Positions 40,880-50,072 of a stretch of 64,000 bases of DNA are shown one piece after another. This DNA is from Vulcanimicrobiota bacterium. Lineage in GTDB: Bacteria > Vulcanimicrobiota > Xenobia > Xenobiales > JADMJV01. A program made the translations under genes and the position numbers. The notes beneath the pieces are model-generated. The model made no database searches. It was not told the origin of the DNA and saw only the letters and a list, made by a program, of their open reading frames with translations. Position 1 is the stretch's first letter, and every line of letters starts with the position of its first letter. The stretch lies in assembly GCA_050250895.1 (NCBI GenBank), contig JBFWNU010000001.1, positions 2,788,891 to 2,852,890 on the forward strand. Reading direction: 5' to 3'.

Positions 40880-43800
40880 ACACGCCGGCCCGGGCCAACA
40901 GTTCGCCGGCTTTGGCCTCATGCTCGGCGGCCTTGGAACCCTCCCCATAGTAGCGAGTCAGCGCCTGGTGGCAATGGGCTTGCTGGAGGGGATTGTCGAC
41001 GGCCTGCAGGGCGTCGAGAGCCTCGAGCAAGATCACCAGGGCCTGGTCGCGCTGGCCGATGCGCTCGAGTAGCTCGCCGCGACAACGCAGCACGATGGCC
41101 TGATAAATGGGATGGCTCGACACTTCTTTGCGGATGCGGTCCAGGCGGGCCAGGCCGGCCGGGTCCGCCAGTAGCGGCAGGCAGCACGCCTCGAGCAAGA
41201 GCGATTCGATCAGGAAGTAGTCGAAGTGGCGACGACGGCAATCGCGAGCCGCCTCCTGGCTGTGAGCCCGAGCGGCGGCGGGATTGTCGAGGGCTAGCTG
41301 ATGCCAGCCGCGGGCCAGGGTCACCACCACGCTCACCAGGGGCAGCTTGAGGCGCTCCTCCCACTCTTCGGCCTCGGCCAGAAAGCGCCGCGAGAACGCG
41401 AGGTCGCCCTGGCGGGCCGAAATGGCCGTCAGCTCCACGCTGGTCAGGGCCAGCGAGATCTTGTTGCCGGTGCGCAGAGCGTAGTTGCGTCCGGCCTCGG
41501 CGTGGCGGCGCGAGGCGGCCAGGTCGCCCAGGTCGCGATAGACCAACTGCACGATGGAGTGATGTAGCGACATGCCGTGGATGTCACCCACCCGGTCGGC
41601 CACTTCCAGGCTGTAGAGCAGCACTCGCAGGGCATTCGCCGTGTCACCCACCGTGGTCATCAGATAGCCGCACTCGCGCAACAGCGAGGCCTTTTCGAGG
41701 CTATCCGACTGGGTCTCGCGCACCACCGCCGCCAGCTTGCGCAGGCGGGCCCGGGCGGTGGGCAGCGAGATGCGCGACAGCAGCGTGAGGGAGTAAGCCT
41801 CCAGCAAGCCCGCCTCGTAGTAGGCCGGATTCTCGCTGGCCTGGCGTCCGGCGTAGAGCTTCTGGCGCAGGCTGATCTCGAGGGTGTCGAGCAGCCAGCC
41901 GCGCGGACCCAGAAAGAACAACACCCGGGCCAGCCGGTCCAGGCAACGCCGCACCTCTTCGTTGCCCCGGCTGAGCAGCAGCCGCAGGGGAGTCGACAGG
42001 GTGGCCACCAGGCCGTCCGAGGGCAGGCGGGTGCCGAAGGTGGACAGAGCCGAGCGATAGTGGGCTCGGGCCTGGCGCAGGTCGCCCATCCGCTCGCAGC
42101 AGACTCCCAGCTTGCGCTGCAGGCGGCCGCGACCGGCCCGGTCGGCCGAAGAGAGCAGCTCTTGGTAGATGGGCAGGGCCTCTTGCGAGTGGCCGCTGCC
42201 GTCGAGGGCGTCGGCCAGCTTCTCGGACAGGGCGGGCGAGGGAGCCAGCTGACTACAGGCCCGATAGGCCTCGGCCGCCTGGGCATAACCGAAGGTGGCC
42301 ATGGCCGCGTCACCGGCTTTGAGCAGCTGCTCGGCTGCCAGCTGGTTCTGACCACTGGCCTGATAGTGGTGAGCCAGGCGCAAAGCCGGACCCCCTAACC
42401 TGGCCAGTGCAGCCGCCGCCCGGGCGTGCAGGTCGGTCAGCTGCTGACCTTCGAGCAACACCTCGAGCACCGGCTGATTGGCGAAGCTATACACGCCATG
42501 CTCGCGCTCTTGGAGCACCTTGCGGGCGCACAACCGCTCCAGGCTCTCGAGCAACTGCTCGCCGGCCAACTCGCAGGCCGCCATCAGCAACTCGAAGCCG
42601 AACTCGCTGCCCAGCACCGCCGCCTGGCGAGCGATGGCCACATCGACCGCGTCCAGGTCGGCCAGGCGCCGCTCCACCGCCTCGCGCACCGAGCCCGGTA
42701 GCTTGCTGCCGCCGTCGGAAGGTCGGGCCATCACCTGGGTCTCGAGGCGCCAGGCTCCGTCCACCAGGCGCAGCTTCTCTTCGGCCACGAACGTCTTGAG
42801 AATCTCGCTCAAGAACAGCGGGTTGCCTCCGGTCTCGGCAAACAGCCGCCGGCCCGCCTCGGGAGCAAGCTCGGCAAAGCCCAGCATCGAGCGCACCATG
42901 GCCACCGACTGGCCCTCGTCGAGCGGCTCGAGGCGCACCACCGGTTGCCCGGCCAGCTCAGCCGGAGCCCGCTCGCAACTGGCCACCACCGCCACCTGGC
43001 TCTCGGCCCGGGCCAGATAGACCAGAAACTCGAGGCTGGCCGGATCGAGCAACTCGAGGTCGTCGACCACCAGCACCAGCCCCTCTTCACCGGCCAGCCG
43101 GCCCAGCAGGCGCACCATGCCTTCGAACAGGCGAAAGCGCAGGGCCGGATCGCCGGCCTGGGCGGGTTGTTCGGAGAGCTCGGGCAAGAGCAGCGACAAA
43201 GGCTTGCGAAAGGCCTCAAGACTCGGGTCCAGCCCCGACCCCACCGCCCGCCGCAGCCAGGGCAGCCAGGCTCCGAACACCTCCGAGCCGGGCTCGACCC
43301 ACAGCACGGGACGCCCCGGCCGGCGCAGATCGTCGGCCGCCTCTTGCAGAAAGCGGGTCTTGCCCACGCCGCTGGCCGCCTCGACCAGCACCATCCGCTG
43401 GCCGGCCAGTCGCCCCAGCTCGGCCTCGCGCCCCACCAGCCGCGGAGTCAGCAGCTGCTCGGGAGCCCGCGACACCTCGGCTCCGCCTCGCCCGAACAGG
43501 TCGTTCCACTCGGCCAGCAGCTCGCCGGCGCTCTGGAACCGGTCGGCCGGCTCCTTCTCGAGCAACTTCTCGATGAGCCGGGCCAGCCGCTCGGGCACCC
43601 AGTCGGCAAGCTCGCGCACGGGCCTGGGCGGGTCGTGCAAAATCGCGCACAACACGGCCACCAGCTCTTCCTGGTCAAAGGGCAGCTGGCCGGTGGTCAG
43701 TTCATACAGCATCACACCCAGGCTGTAGAGGTCGGCGCGAAAGTCCACCTCTTGCCCGCCCACCAGCTCGGGAGCCATATAGTGCACCGTGCCCACGATC

Positions 43801-44300
43801 ACCGAGGGGTCGGTCATCAAAGTGGTCGCCTCGGCCCGCCGGGCCAGGCCAAAATCCAGCAAGCGCGGCTGCCCGTCGGGTTGCACCAGCACGTTTTCGG
43901 GCTTGAGGTCGCGATGCAAGACTCCGTGGCGATGGATGTACAACACGCCCTCGAGCAAGCGAGCGAACAGCTCGCTCAGCCGCTCGAGCCACCCCTCGCC
44001 GGGCGGCCCCAGGTAGGCCCGCATCGAGCTGCCCTGGACCAGCTCGAGGGTGTAATACGGCTGCTCGTCGACCTCGCCCAGCTCGAAGACCGGCACCAGG
44101 CTGGGGTGGGAGAGCCCCGAGGCCACCCGAAACTCGCGCCGAAAGCGCAGACGGTCGTGGAGCGTGATGGCCACCGCCGGACGCAGCAGCTTCAGGGCCA
44201 CCTCGTCGTCGCCCCTGGCCACTCGATAGACGCGCCCCATTCCCCCCTGGCCGAGAAACTCGAGCACCCGGTGGCCGTCGATCTCTTTGGGATGCACCAT
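40824..44300 (-). CDS. Ser/Thr protein kinase-AAA(STAND-like) ATPase-TPR protein
   Basis: LGQGGMGRVY, VALK, HRDLKPEN, DFG, APE. LVGREAEL, ASGVGKTR, LVVDDLE, TGGNPLF. Confidence 0.92.
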   Translation of the reverse strand: MVHPKEIDGHRVLEFLGQGGMGRVYRVARGDDEVALKLLRPAVAITLHDRLRFRREFRVASGLSHPSLVPVFELGEVDEQPYYTLELVQGSSMRAYLGPPGEGWLERLSELFARLLEGVLYIHRHGVLHRDLKPENVLVQPDGQPRLLDFGLARRAEATTLMTDPSVIVGTVHYMAPELVGGQEVDFRADLYSLGVMLYELTTGQLPFDQEELVAVLCAILHDPPRPVRELADWVPERLARLIEKLLEKEPADRFQSAGELLAEWNDLFGRGGAEVSRAPEQLLTPRLVGREAELGRLAGQRMVLVEAASGVGKTRFLQEAADDLRRPGRPVLWVEPGSEVFGAWLPWLRRAVGSGLDPSLEAFRKPLSLLLPELSEQPAQAGDPALRFRLFEGMVRLLGRLAGEEGLVLVVDDLELLDPASLEFLVYLARAESQVAVVASCERAPAELAGQPVVRLEPLDEGQSVAMVRSMLGFAELAPEAGRRLFAETGGNPLFLSEILKTFVAEEKLRLVDGAWRLETQVMARPSDGGSKLPGSVREAVERRLADLDAVDVAIARQAAVLGSEFGFELLMAACELAGEQLLESLERLCARKVLQEREHGVYSFANQPVLEVLLEGQQLTDLHARAAAALARLGGPALRLAHHYQASGQNQLAAEQLLKAGDAAMATFGYAQAAEAYRACSQLAPSPALSEKLADALDGSGHSQEALPIYQELLSSADRAGRGRLQRKLGVCCERMGDLRQARAHYRSALSTFGTRLPSDGLVATLSTPLRLLLSRGNEEVRRCLDRLARVLFFLGPRGWLLDTLEISLRQKLYAGRQASENPAYYEAGLLEAYSLTLLSRISLPTARARLRKLAAVVRETQSDSLEKASLLRECGYLMTTVGDTANALRVLLYSLEVADRVGDIHGMSLHHSIVQLVYRDLGDLAASRRHAEAGRNYALRTGNKISLALTSVELTAISARQGDLAFSRRFLAEAEEWEERLKLPLVSVVVTLARGWHQLALDNPAAARAHSQEAARDCRRRHFDYFLIESLLLEACCLPLLADPAGLARLDRIRKEVSSHPIYQAIVLRCRGELLERIGQRDQALVILLEALDALQAVDNPLQQAHCHQALTRYYGEGSKAAEHEAKAGELLARAGVFSPGNAERSRSSGGPQPA

Positions 44301-44324
44301 CCCCCCGGCTTCCACCTGGCTTGT

Positions 44325-44798
44325 TTAGCCCTTGGTGGGGCCGAGTCCTCGGCGGTGGCGCACGAGATAGGCCTGCAGCGCCGTGGCGAAGGCGTGGACG
44401 TCTTTTTTCGTGAACGGCGGCGGCCCCCCGCCGGTGATGAGCTCGGCGCCGCGCAGCTCGTCGAGCAGGTTGCGGGTGGCCAGTCTGGCCTTGACGTTAT
44501 CCTCGGTGTACAGCGTCCCACGTGGGTCGAGCGCCGTGGCGCCGCAGTCGACCACCCGCCCAGCCAGAGGGATGTCGGCGGTCACCACCAGGTCACCGGG
44601 GGTCACCTGCTCGACGATCCAGTCATCGGCCACGTTGAACCCGTCCTCCACCACCACGCTCGACAGCAATGGACTGTCGGGGTGCTTGAGCGGCACGTTG
44701 GCCACCAGCACCAGCGGCACTCCCTCGCGCTGGGCGGCCTTGAACAGGATCTCTTTGACCTTCACCGGCATCGCGTCGGCGTCTACCCAGATGCGCAT
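44325..44798 (-). CDS. YaiI/YqxD (DUF188) family protein
   Basis: IWVDADAMPV, ADDWIV, VVTADIPLA. Confidence 0.92.
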   Translation of the reverse strand: MRIWVDADAMPVKVKEILFKAAQREGVPLVLVANVPLKHPDSPLLSSVVVEDGFNVADDWIVEQVTPGDLVVTADIPLAGRVVDCGATALDPRGTLYTEDNVKARLATRNLLDELRGAELITGGGPPPFTKKDVHAFATALQAYLVRHRRGLGPTKG

Positions 44799-44844
44799 CC
44801 CTGTGCCTTCGGGAAGCCGCAGCGGCCGGCCTTCGAGCGATGGG

Positions 44845-45234
44845 TCAATCCCAGACTCGCAGAACGCCATAGAGGTCAAAGACCTTGTCACGGCTCAGCA
44901 GCGTGAGGCCCTCCAGTGCCTGAACGGCTAGAAGGCGATCAAAAGGGTCGCGGTGATGAAGCGGTAGCGATTCCACCGCGAGAACCTGTCCTAGCGTGAT
45001 AGGATGTGCATCGATCCCGTTTTGCCGGAGTTGGGTGGGGATGAACGCGGCAGCCGACGTTGGCAGCGAGAGCTTTCCGAGGCTAGACTTGATAGCCATC
45101 TCCCAGGACGACACGTCGCTTAGCAAGAGTTGGTTGTCGGGATCCAGGAAGATAGTCTTCACCCGTGTGGTGAGACGCGGGTCGTCGTCAAGGAGCCACA
45201 GAAAGGTATGGGTGTCGAGGAGGTAGACACTCAC
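44845..45234 (-). CDS. vapC: VapC PIN-domain toxin
   Basis: LLDTHTFLW, SSWEMAIK, HRDPFDRLL. Confidence 0.93.
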   Translation of the reverse strand: MSVYLLDTHTFLWLLDDDPRLTTRVKTIFLDPDNQLLLSDVSSWEMAIKSSLGKLSLPTSAAAFIPTQLRQNGIDAHPITLGQVLAVESLPLHHRDPFDRLLAVQALEGLTLLSRDKVFDLYGVLRVWD

Positions 45235-45455
45235 TGATACTCGTCGAAGTCGGACAGTGGTTCGTCGAAGTCGTCGGTCATCACGATCAGACCTTTGGCG
45301 CTACCCAGTTTGCGCTTTCGCGGGGCGGCCTCGAGTCGAACGAGCTTCGCGATCGGAACCTTTCCCCGAGTAATGATGATTTCATAGCCGGCCTCGACTT
45401 CTTTGAGCAAACTGGATAGGTGGGTCTTGGCGTCGTAGATGCTGACCATCTTCAT
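45231..45455 (-). CDS. Phd/YefM-family antitoxin
   Basis: SIYDAKTHLSSLL..VEAG.EIIITRGKVPIAKL. GTGA overlap with vapC. Confidence 0.93.
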   Translation of the reverse strand: MKMVSIYDAKTHLSSLLKEVEAGYEIIITRGKVPIAKLVRLEAAPRKRKLGSAKGLIVMTDDFDEPLSDFDEYQ

Positions 45456-45461
45456 GGCTCC

Positions 45462-45492
45462 ATTTTAGCTTGACCAAGATGGTTGGTCAAGC
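45462..45492 (-). promoter_or_regulatory. Sigma70 promoter of the TA operon overlapped by an operator palindrome
   Basis: TTGACC-N17-TAAAAT ending 6 nt before ATG. GCTTGACCAA-N5-TTGGTCAAGC inverted repeat. Confidence 0.8.
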
Positions 45493-45588
45493 CGTTTGCT
45501 CGTTCCTGTGAGGGCACCAGGGTGCAGCCGGTTGCATCGGGAAGGTGCTACTGGCATTGATGATGCGTTGGGGTTTGCTTGAGCGGAG

Positions 45589-46674
45589 TTACTCTTTGAG
45601 CTTCGCCAACAAGTTGACGACCTTGCTTCTTGATTTCGCCCTCTTCTTGAGCAATTCGCCTTCTTCGTTGGTCCACAGCCACTGCCAGAAAGAGCGAAAC
45701 GCGCGGTCGGTGCAATACGTGTCTCGACAGTTGGCAAGAAACACCATCTGAATCTTGTGGACGCGGTCCACCACGTAGAGTCCGAAACCCGGCGTCACCA
45801 CGATCAGGTCGTCCAGGCCCACAACTGACTTGGCCTGTTGCTCGGTAATGTTCCGGAAGCAAGCCACTAGATGAACGGGGCCGTGATGTTCCGATAGCTG
45901 AGGTGCCAATTCGGTGTCGCGGAGGAAGGGACGCCCCAGCATACTCCTGGCCTGAGCAATCGTCATCCGATCGGGGATGGCATGGCACTCGAATAGTAAA
46001 GTGTCGTGACGGAGGAGTTCCCGACCCTGAAGCGAGAGCTTCGTGCAGCCCTGGTTCTCGAGGTTTCGGCGGAGGCTTGCGAGCAAACGGGAATGCCGAG
46101 CATTGTAATCCAGTTGGCACCACTCCAGCGCCTGTCCGGTGGCGTGCTTTCCGTTTCCCGCGCTCGCACCGAGCGCGGTCAGTTCGATAACAGCTTTGAG
46201 GACCTGCTCTTTTGCCTTCTCAACGATTGCCTCAACTGTAGAGGCGCCGTTGTAGTTGACTCGGTTCTTCATGTAGGCCTGGAAAGCACCGTCGAGTTTC
46301 TTGGAAATTGTCCGGTCAAATGGAATCTGGACCACTCTGACCTTGGTTCCCTGGCTTTCGACGACCTCTGCCACCTCAGCATAGCAAATTCCGAGTCCGT
46401 GTTCGCGTCCACCACCCGCGTGCCCATTGTAAAGCACGAGCAAAATATGGGCCTTACGAGCCTCGCGCAGGCAGGTCTCCCAAGCCGATTGATGGTTGCC
46501 CAGGGGCTCACTCTCATGGCGGAAGACACGGAAGAGTTGGAAGCCAAAGACCTCAGAGTCTTCCAGTTCACTCTGGATCCTGGACCGGATTTTGGGCATG
46601 TCGATCTTCTCGCCCTGCTCAGTGGTGTAAGCGTCGCATCGGCTCGAAATCATGACTCGAACGATGTCAGGCAT
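45589..46674 (-). CDS. DUF4062/TIR-like domain protein with uncharacterised C-terminal domain
   Basis: RVMISS, SAWETCLREARKAHILLVLY.G..G, GICYAE. Confidence 0.7.
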   Translation of the reverse strand: MPDIVRVMISSRCDAYTTEQGEKIDMPKIRSRIQSELEDSEVFGFQLFRVFRHESEPLGNHQSAWETCLREARKAHILLVLYNGHAGGGREHGLGICYAEVAEVVESQGTKVRVVQIPFDRTISKKLDGAFQAYMKNRVNYNGASTVEAIVEKAKEQVLKAVIELTALGASAGNGKHATGQALEWCQLDYNARHSRLLASLRRNLENQGCTKLSLQGRELLRHDTLLFECHAIPDRMTIAQARSMLGRPFLRDTELAPQLSEHHGPVHLVACFRNITEQQAKSVVGLDDLIVVTPGFGLYVVDRVHKIQMVFLANCRDTYCTDRAFRSFWQWLWTNEEGELLKKRAKSRSKVVNLLAKLKE

Positions 46675-46686
46675 AGGGAGCGGCTT

Positions 46687-46893
46687 TCACAACACGGTCG
46701 ATGGAACAACGTGACACCTACTCTTCTGGCACTGGCGCAAGTGGGTGTCCCGGAGTTTCTCCAGGAGTGGGACCACCTCGCCGATGAGTTGGTAGCGTAG
46801 TTCCTCTTGCTTGGTCCAACCGACCCCACTTATGGTGAGTTGGCCCCGCTCGCTTGTGAGTCGCTCGGCCAGGGCGTCAATAAGATCTCGCAT
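46687..46893 (-). CDS. Small hypothetical protein
   Basis: GGGAGGG before ATG 46893. Ends 12 nt upstream of the DUF4062 gene. Confidence 0.4.
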   Translation of the reverse strand: MRDLIDALAERLTSERGQLTISGVGWTKQEELRYQLIGEVVPLLEKLRDTHLRQCQKSRCHVVPSTVL

Positions 46894-47059
46894 AACCCTC
46901 CCACGGAATGATGGTGTGAGGGCTTCCACGCGACTGGGTTAGTTCCTTTGAGCCGTTGCAGTAAAGAGTGCGCCAACTGGGTTGGACAACCGGGAGGCAA
47001 AAGTGAGGTTGGCAGCCAAGTAGGCCGAACCTCAATTTAACCAGGAGTGTAGCCCGCCA

Positions 47060-48823
47060 GTGCTTCCAAAGGAATGGGTCGAAGAACTCGTCTATGGCAA
47101 GAGAGCGAATCATCGTTTCACCCAGGACACGCCAATACTCCCGGATGTGTGGTTCGAGTACGCCCAGAATGGAGGACGGCGTACTTCTTTGCTCTTGACG
47201 CCTCACTATGAAACCTCGCCGGGCTTCCTGGCCGCCCAACTTGACGTGGGGAATCCGGCGCAGATGGTCGCCCACAACCAGACGGTGGTCGTGGCGGATT
47301 TGACCTATCTCGAGATGCTGCGGCAAGCCTTGCCTCTCTCTGTTTGGTGGAAGAACGAGGTCGGTCCACTCGTCGACGGCACGACGGTATCGGACAGGTT
47401 GCGCCAGTTGGCCCGCTTGGATCCGCCGCGTCTCGCGGAACTACTGGACGGGAGCGACAAGGTTCGAGAAGAACTCGGGCTACCACGAGGACTGGTCTTG
47501 ATGCTCCGAGTGGGTGGGATTCTGGCGCGGGCGCTGGAGAAGCCCCCATCATCAAGCTATGAATGGCTGGAACTGCGGCATAGTCCTGAGGTCGTGCATT
47601 GCCTAGCAGACTTGTATGCCGGTCTGAAGGTCGAGGCCCCGGGAACTCTCTGGCTGGTGCAACGCAACCGGCCCGCCCAAGCATGTAGCAGTGCCTCTTG
47701 TCAGACTATCAAAGCAGATGCGGCTCGCTCACTGTTCAGCATCAGTTGTAGCAAGATCAACTGGGCTATTGTCGATAGTGGGGTTGACGCCCGCCATCCT
47801 GCCTTTCGCAGGCGCGACGCCAAAGGCGAGTTGGCCCCATTGGGTGACGCCTGGCAAGGGCAGTCACGGGTGGTGAGGACCTACGATTTCACGAGGCTGC
47901 GAGCACTTGTTCAAGGTGCCGCCGGTGCGCTCGAAGGGGCAAGGCGACTGCACACCTTCACATCGCGCCTCATTGAGGGTGCAGATGTTGATTGGAAGGG
48001 TCTGTCGGCGGGCCTCGAAATCCCGCACGACCAGCATTATCTACCGCCGACGAGCCCCCACGGAACGCACGTGGCAGGCATACTGGGGGCGGACCTGCGG
48101 GACGAGGATGCCGTGGCCATCGGTGTTTGCCCGGATGTTGAGCTTTTCGACTTGCGTGTCCTGAACGGTGAGGGACAAGGAGATGAGTTCTCGGTGATGG
48201 CGGCTCTACAGTTCGTCAGATATCTCAATTCGAAGAGTGAGAGAATGGTCGTTCACGGTGTGAACTTGAGTCTGTCGTTGTTTCACAACGTCCGCAACTA
48301 CGCTTGCGGGAGGACCCCTATTTGCGAGGAGTGTGAGAGGCTCGTCGGGTCCGGAGTGGCCACCGTTGCTGCCGCCGGGAATCAGGGTTATCAGGGCTTT
48401 GAGACTAAGAACGGGCTTCTGGAGGGCTATCAGGATATCAGCATCACTGACCCCGGAAACGCCGACGGTGTCATCACAGTGGGTTCTACGCACTATGGTC
48501 GGCCTCATACCTACGGCGTGAGCTACTTCTCCAGCCGAGGCCCGACCGGTGATGGGCGGTGTAAACCGGATCTGGTTGCGCCTGGTGAGAAGATCCAGGC
48601 GCCCATTCCTGGGGGCGGCTTGGATTCGATGGACGGTACCAGCATGGCCGCGCCACACGTGAGCGGCGCCTGTGCGCTCCTCATGGCCAGGCACGGCGAG
48701 TTCGTGGGTCAGCCGCAGCGAATCAAGAAGGTCTTGTGTCAGTCAGCAACCGATCTAGGTCGGGACCGCTATTTTCAGGGCGCGGGCATGTTGGATGTCT
48801 TGCGCGCCCTCCAATGTGTCTGA
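47060..48823 (+). CDS. Cytoplasmic S8 (subtilisin-family) serine protease
   Basis: Triad motifs IVDSGVD, HGTHVAG, GTSMAAPHVSG and oxyanion AAGN. No signal peptide. Confidence 0.93.
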   Translation: MLPKEWVEELVYGKRANHRFTQDTPILPDVWFEYAQNGGRRTSLLLTPHYETSPGFLAAQLDVGNPAQMVAHNQTVVVADLTYLEMLRQALPLSVWWKNEVGPLVDGTTVSDRLRQLARLDPPRLAELLDGSDKVREELGLPRGLVLMLRVGGILARALEKPPSSSYEWLELRHSPEVVHCLADLYAGLKVEAPGTLWLVQRNRPAQACSSASCQTIKADAARSLFSISCSKINWAIVDSGVDARHPAFRRRDAKGELAPLGDAWQGQSRVVRTYDFTRLRALVQGAAGALEGARRLHTFTSRLIEGADVDWKGLSAGLEIPHDQHYLPPTSPHGTHVAGILGADLRDEDAVAIGVCPDVELFDLRVLNGEGQGDEFSVMAALQFVRYLNSKSERMVVHGVNLSLSLFHNVRNYACGRTPICEECERLVGSGVATVAAAGNQGYQGFETKNGLLEGYQDISITDPGNADGVITVGSTHYGRPHTYGVSYFSSRGPTGDGRCKPDLVAPGEKIQAPIPGGGLDSMDGTSMAAPHVSGACALLMARHGEFVGQPQRIKKVLCQSATDLGRDRYFQGAGMLDVLRALQCV

Positions 48824-48836
48824 AAGGAGCAATCTC

Positions 48837-49967
48837 ATGTTTACTTTGGAAGCTCTCGAGGCCAAAGAAGGCGATTGTTTGATTTTGCATTACGGAGATG
48901 CCGCCAATCCCCGCCGAATTTTGATTGACGGAGGACCGAGAGGTGCCTATCGTCAGGTACTGCGCAAGCGTCTGGTGGAACTTCGCGGTGTTCACGGCCC
49001 CCTCCAGTTGGAGATGGTTATGGTGAGCCATATCGACGCGGATCATATTACGGGCATCCTCGATCTGTTCAATGAGCTCGCCGAACAACGAGAGCAGGGT
49101 GATGAGCCATTGGTAGACATCGTGACCCTCTGGTTTAACAGCTTTGACGACATCCTGGGAAGCGAGGGCGATGAACTGCTCGCGCGTTTTCAGGCCGCAG
49201 CAAATACCGCTGCTGCTGGTGAGGCTCTGTCCCCCGACTCGCCTGTCTCTCAAGCCGGCGCACTCATTTTGGCGGGGGTAGGCCAGGGGCGTCGGTTGAG
49301 AGGTCTGGCAGCTGCTCTGGGCACCCAGACCAACGCAGGCTTCGAGCAGTTGGTGATGGCCGCAGCAGCCCCGGCCGAGGTTCGGCCGCTGGATCTCGGC
49401 GACGGTTTGAAGTTCACCGTCCTCGGCCCTGCGGCTGCCCAATTGGCCGCTCTTCGTCGGGAATGGGATGCGGAGCTGGCGAAGATGAAGAAGGCCTCGC
49501 GCGAGGAGGCTGCTGCTATCGGCGCCGCGTTTCTTGACGAGAGCGCCGCCAATCTCTCCAGCACCGTGGTCCTGGCCGAGCGCGGGGGCAAGCGCATGCT
49601 GCTAACGGGTGATGCCCGTGGGGACTTTGTGCTCGATGGGCTCCGCAATGCGGGCTTGCTCGAGAACGGAGAGATTCACCTTGACTTGCTAAAAGTGCCT
49701 CATCATGGTAGCGACCGCAACGTGACGTTGGACTTCTTCGAGCGGATCACGGCGGACCACTATGTTATCTCGGCTAATGGCAAGTATGACAACCCGGACC
49801 ACTCCATGCTAGAGATGTTGCGAGAAGCTCGGAAGGGGCAGCACTACACGGTCTACTTCACCAATGAGGTGACTCAGGTGACACGGTTCATGGCCCACGG
49901 TGCTGAAGATGGTTTTGATACCGTGGTCCGTGACCGCGACGCCCTGAGCCTCTCCGTAGCCCTCTAA
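48837..49967 (+). CDS. Metallo-beta-lactamase-fold hydrolase (ComEC/Avs1a-like)
   Basis: GDCLIL, LIDGGP, SHIDADHITG, LLTGDA, KVPHHGS. AAGGAG RBS. Confidence 0.9.
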   Translation: MFTLEALEAKEGDCLILHYGDAANPRRILIDGGPRGAYRQVLRKRLVELRGVHGPLQLEMVMVSHIDADHITGILDLFNELAEQREQGDEPLVDIVTLWFNSFDDILGSEGDELLARFQAAANTAAAGEALSPDSPVSQAGALILAGVGQGRRLRGLAAALGTQTNAGFEQLVMAAAAPAEVRPLDLGDGLKFTVLGPAAAQLAALRREWDAELAKMKKASREEAAAIGAAFLDESAANLSSTVVLAERGGKRMLLTGDARGDFVLDGLRNAGLLENGEIHLDLLKVPHHGSDRNVTLDFFERITADHYVISANGKYDNPDHSMLEMLREARKGQHYTVYFTNEVTQVTRFMAHGAEDGFDTVVRDRDALSLSVAL

Positions 49968-50072
49968 CTAAGGACGCGTACACCCTCGGCTCGGCGACAT
50001 CGGCGAGTTGGCTGGTCGCCGCCGCTCGGGGCCCCTGATGACCAATGTGATGGCTTGAAGCGTCTTGAACCC

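Noticed and set aside
42945-44906. 653-aa plus-strand ORF
   Set aside because: Antisense shadow of the kinase and yaiI genes.
44800-47060. Integrase, tRNA or att site at the island boundary
   Set aside because: No recombinase motif, tRNA cloverleaf or flanking direct repeat was recognisable.
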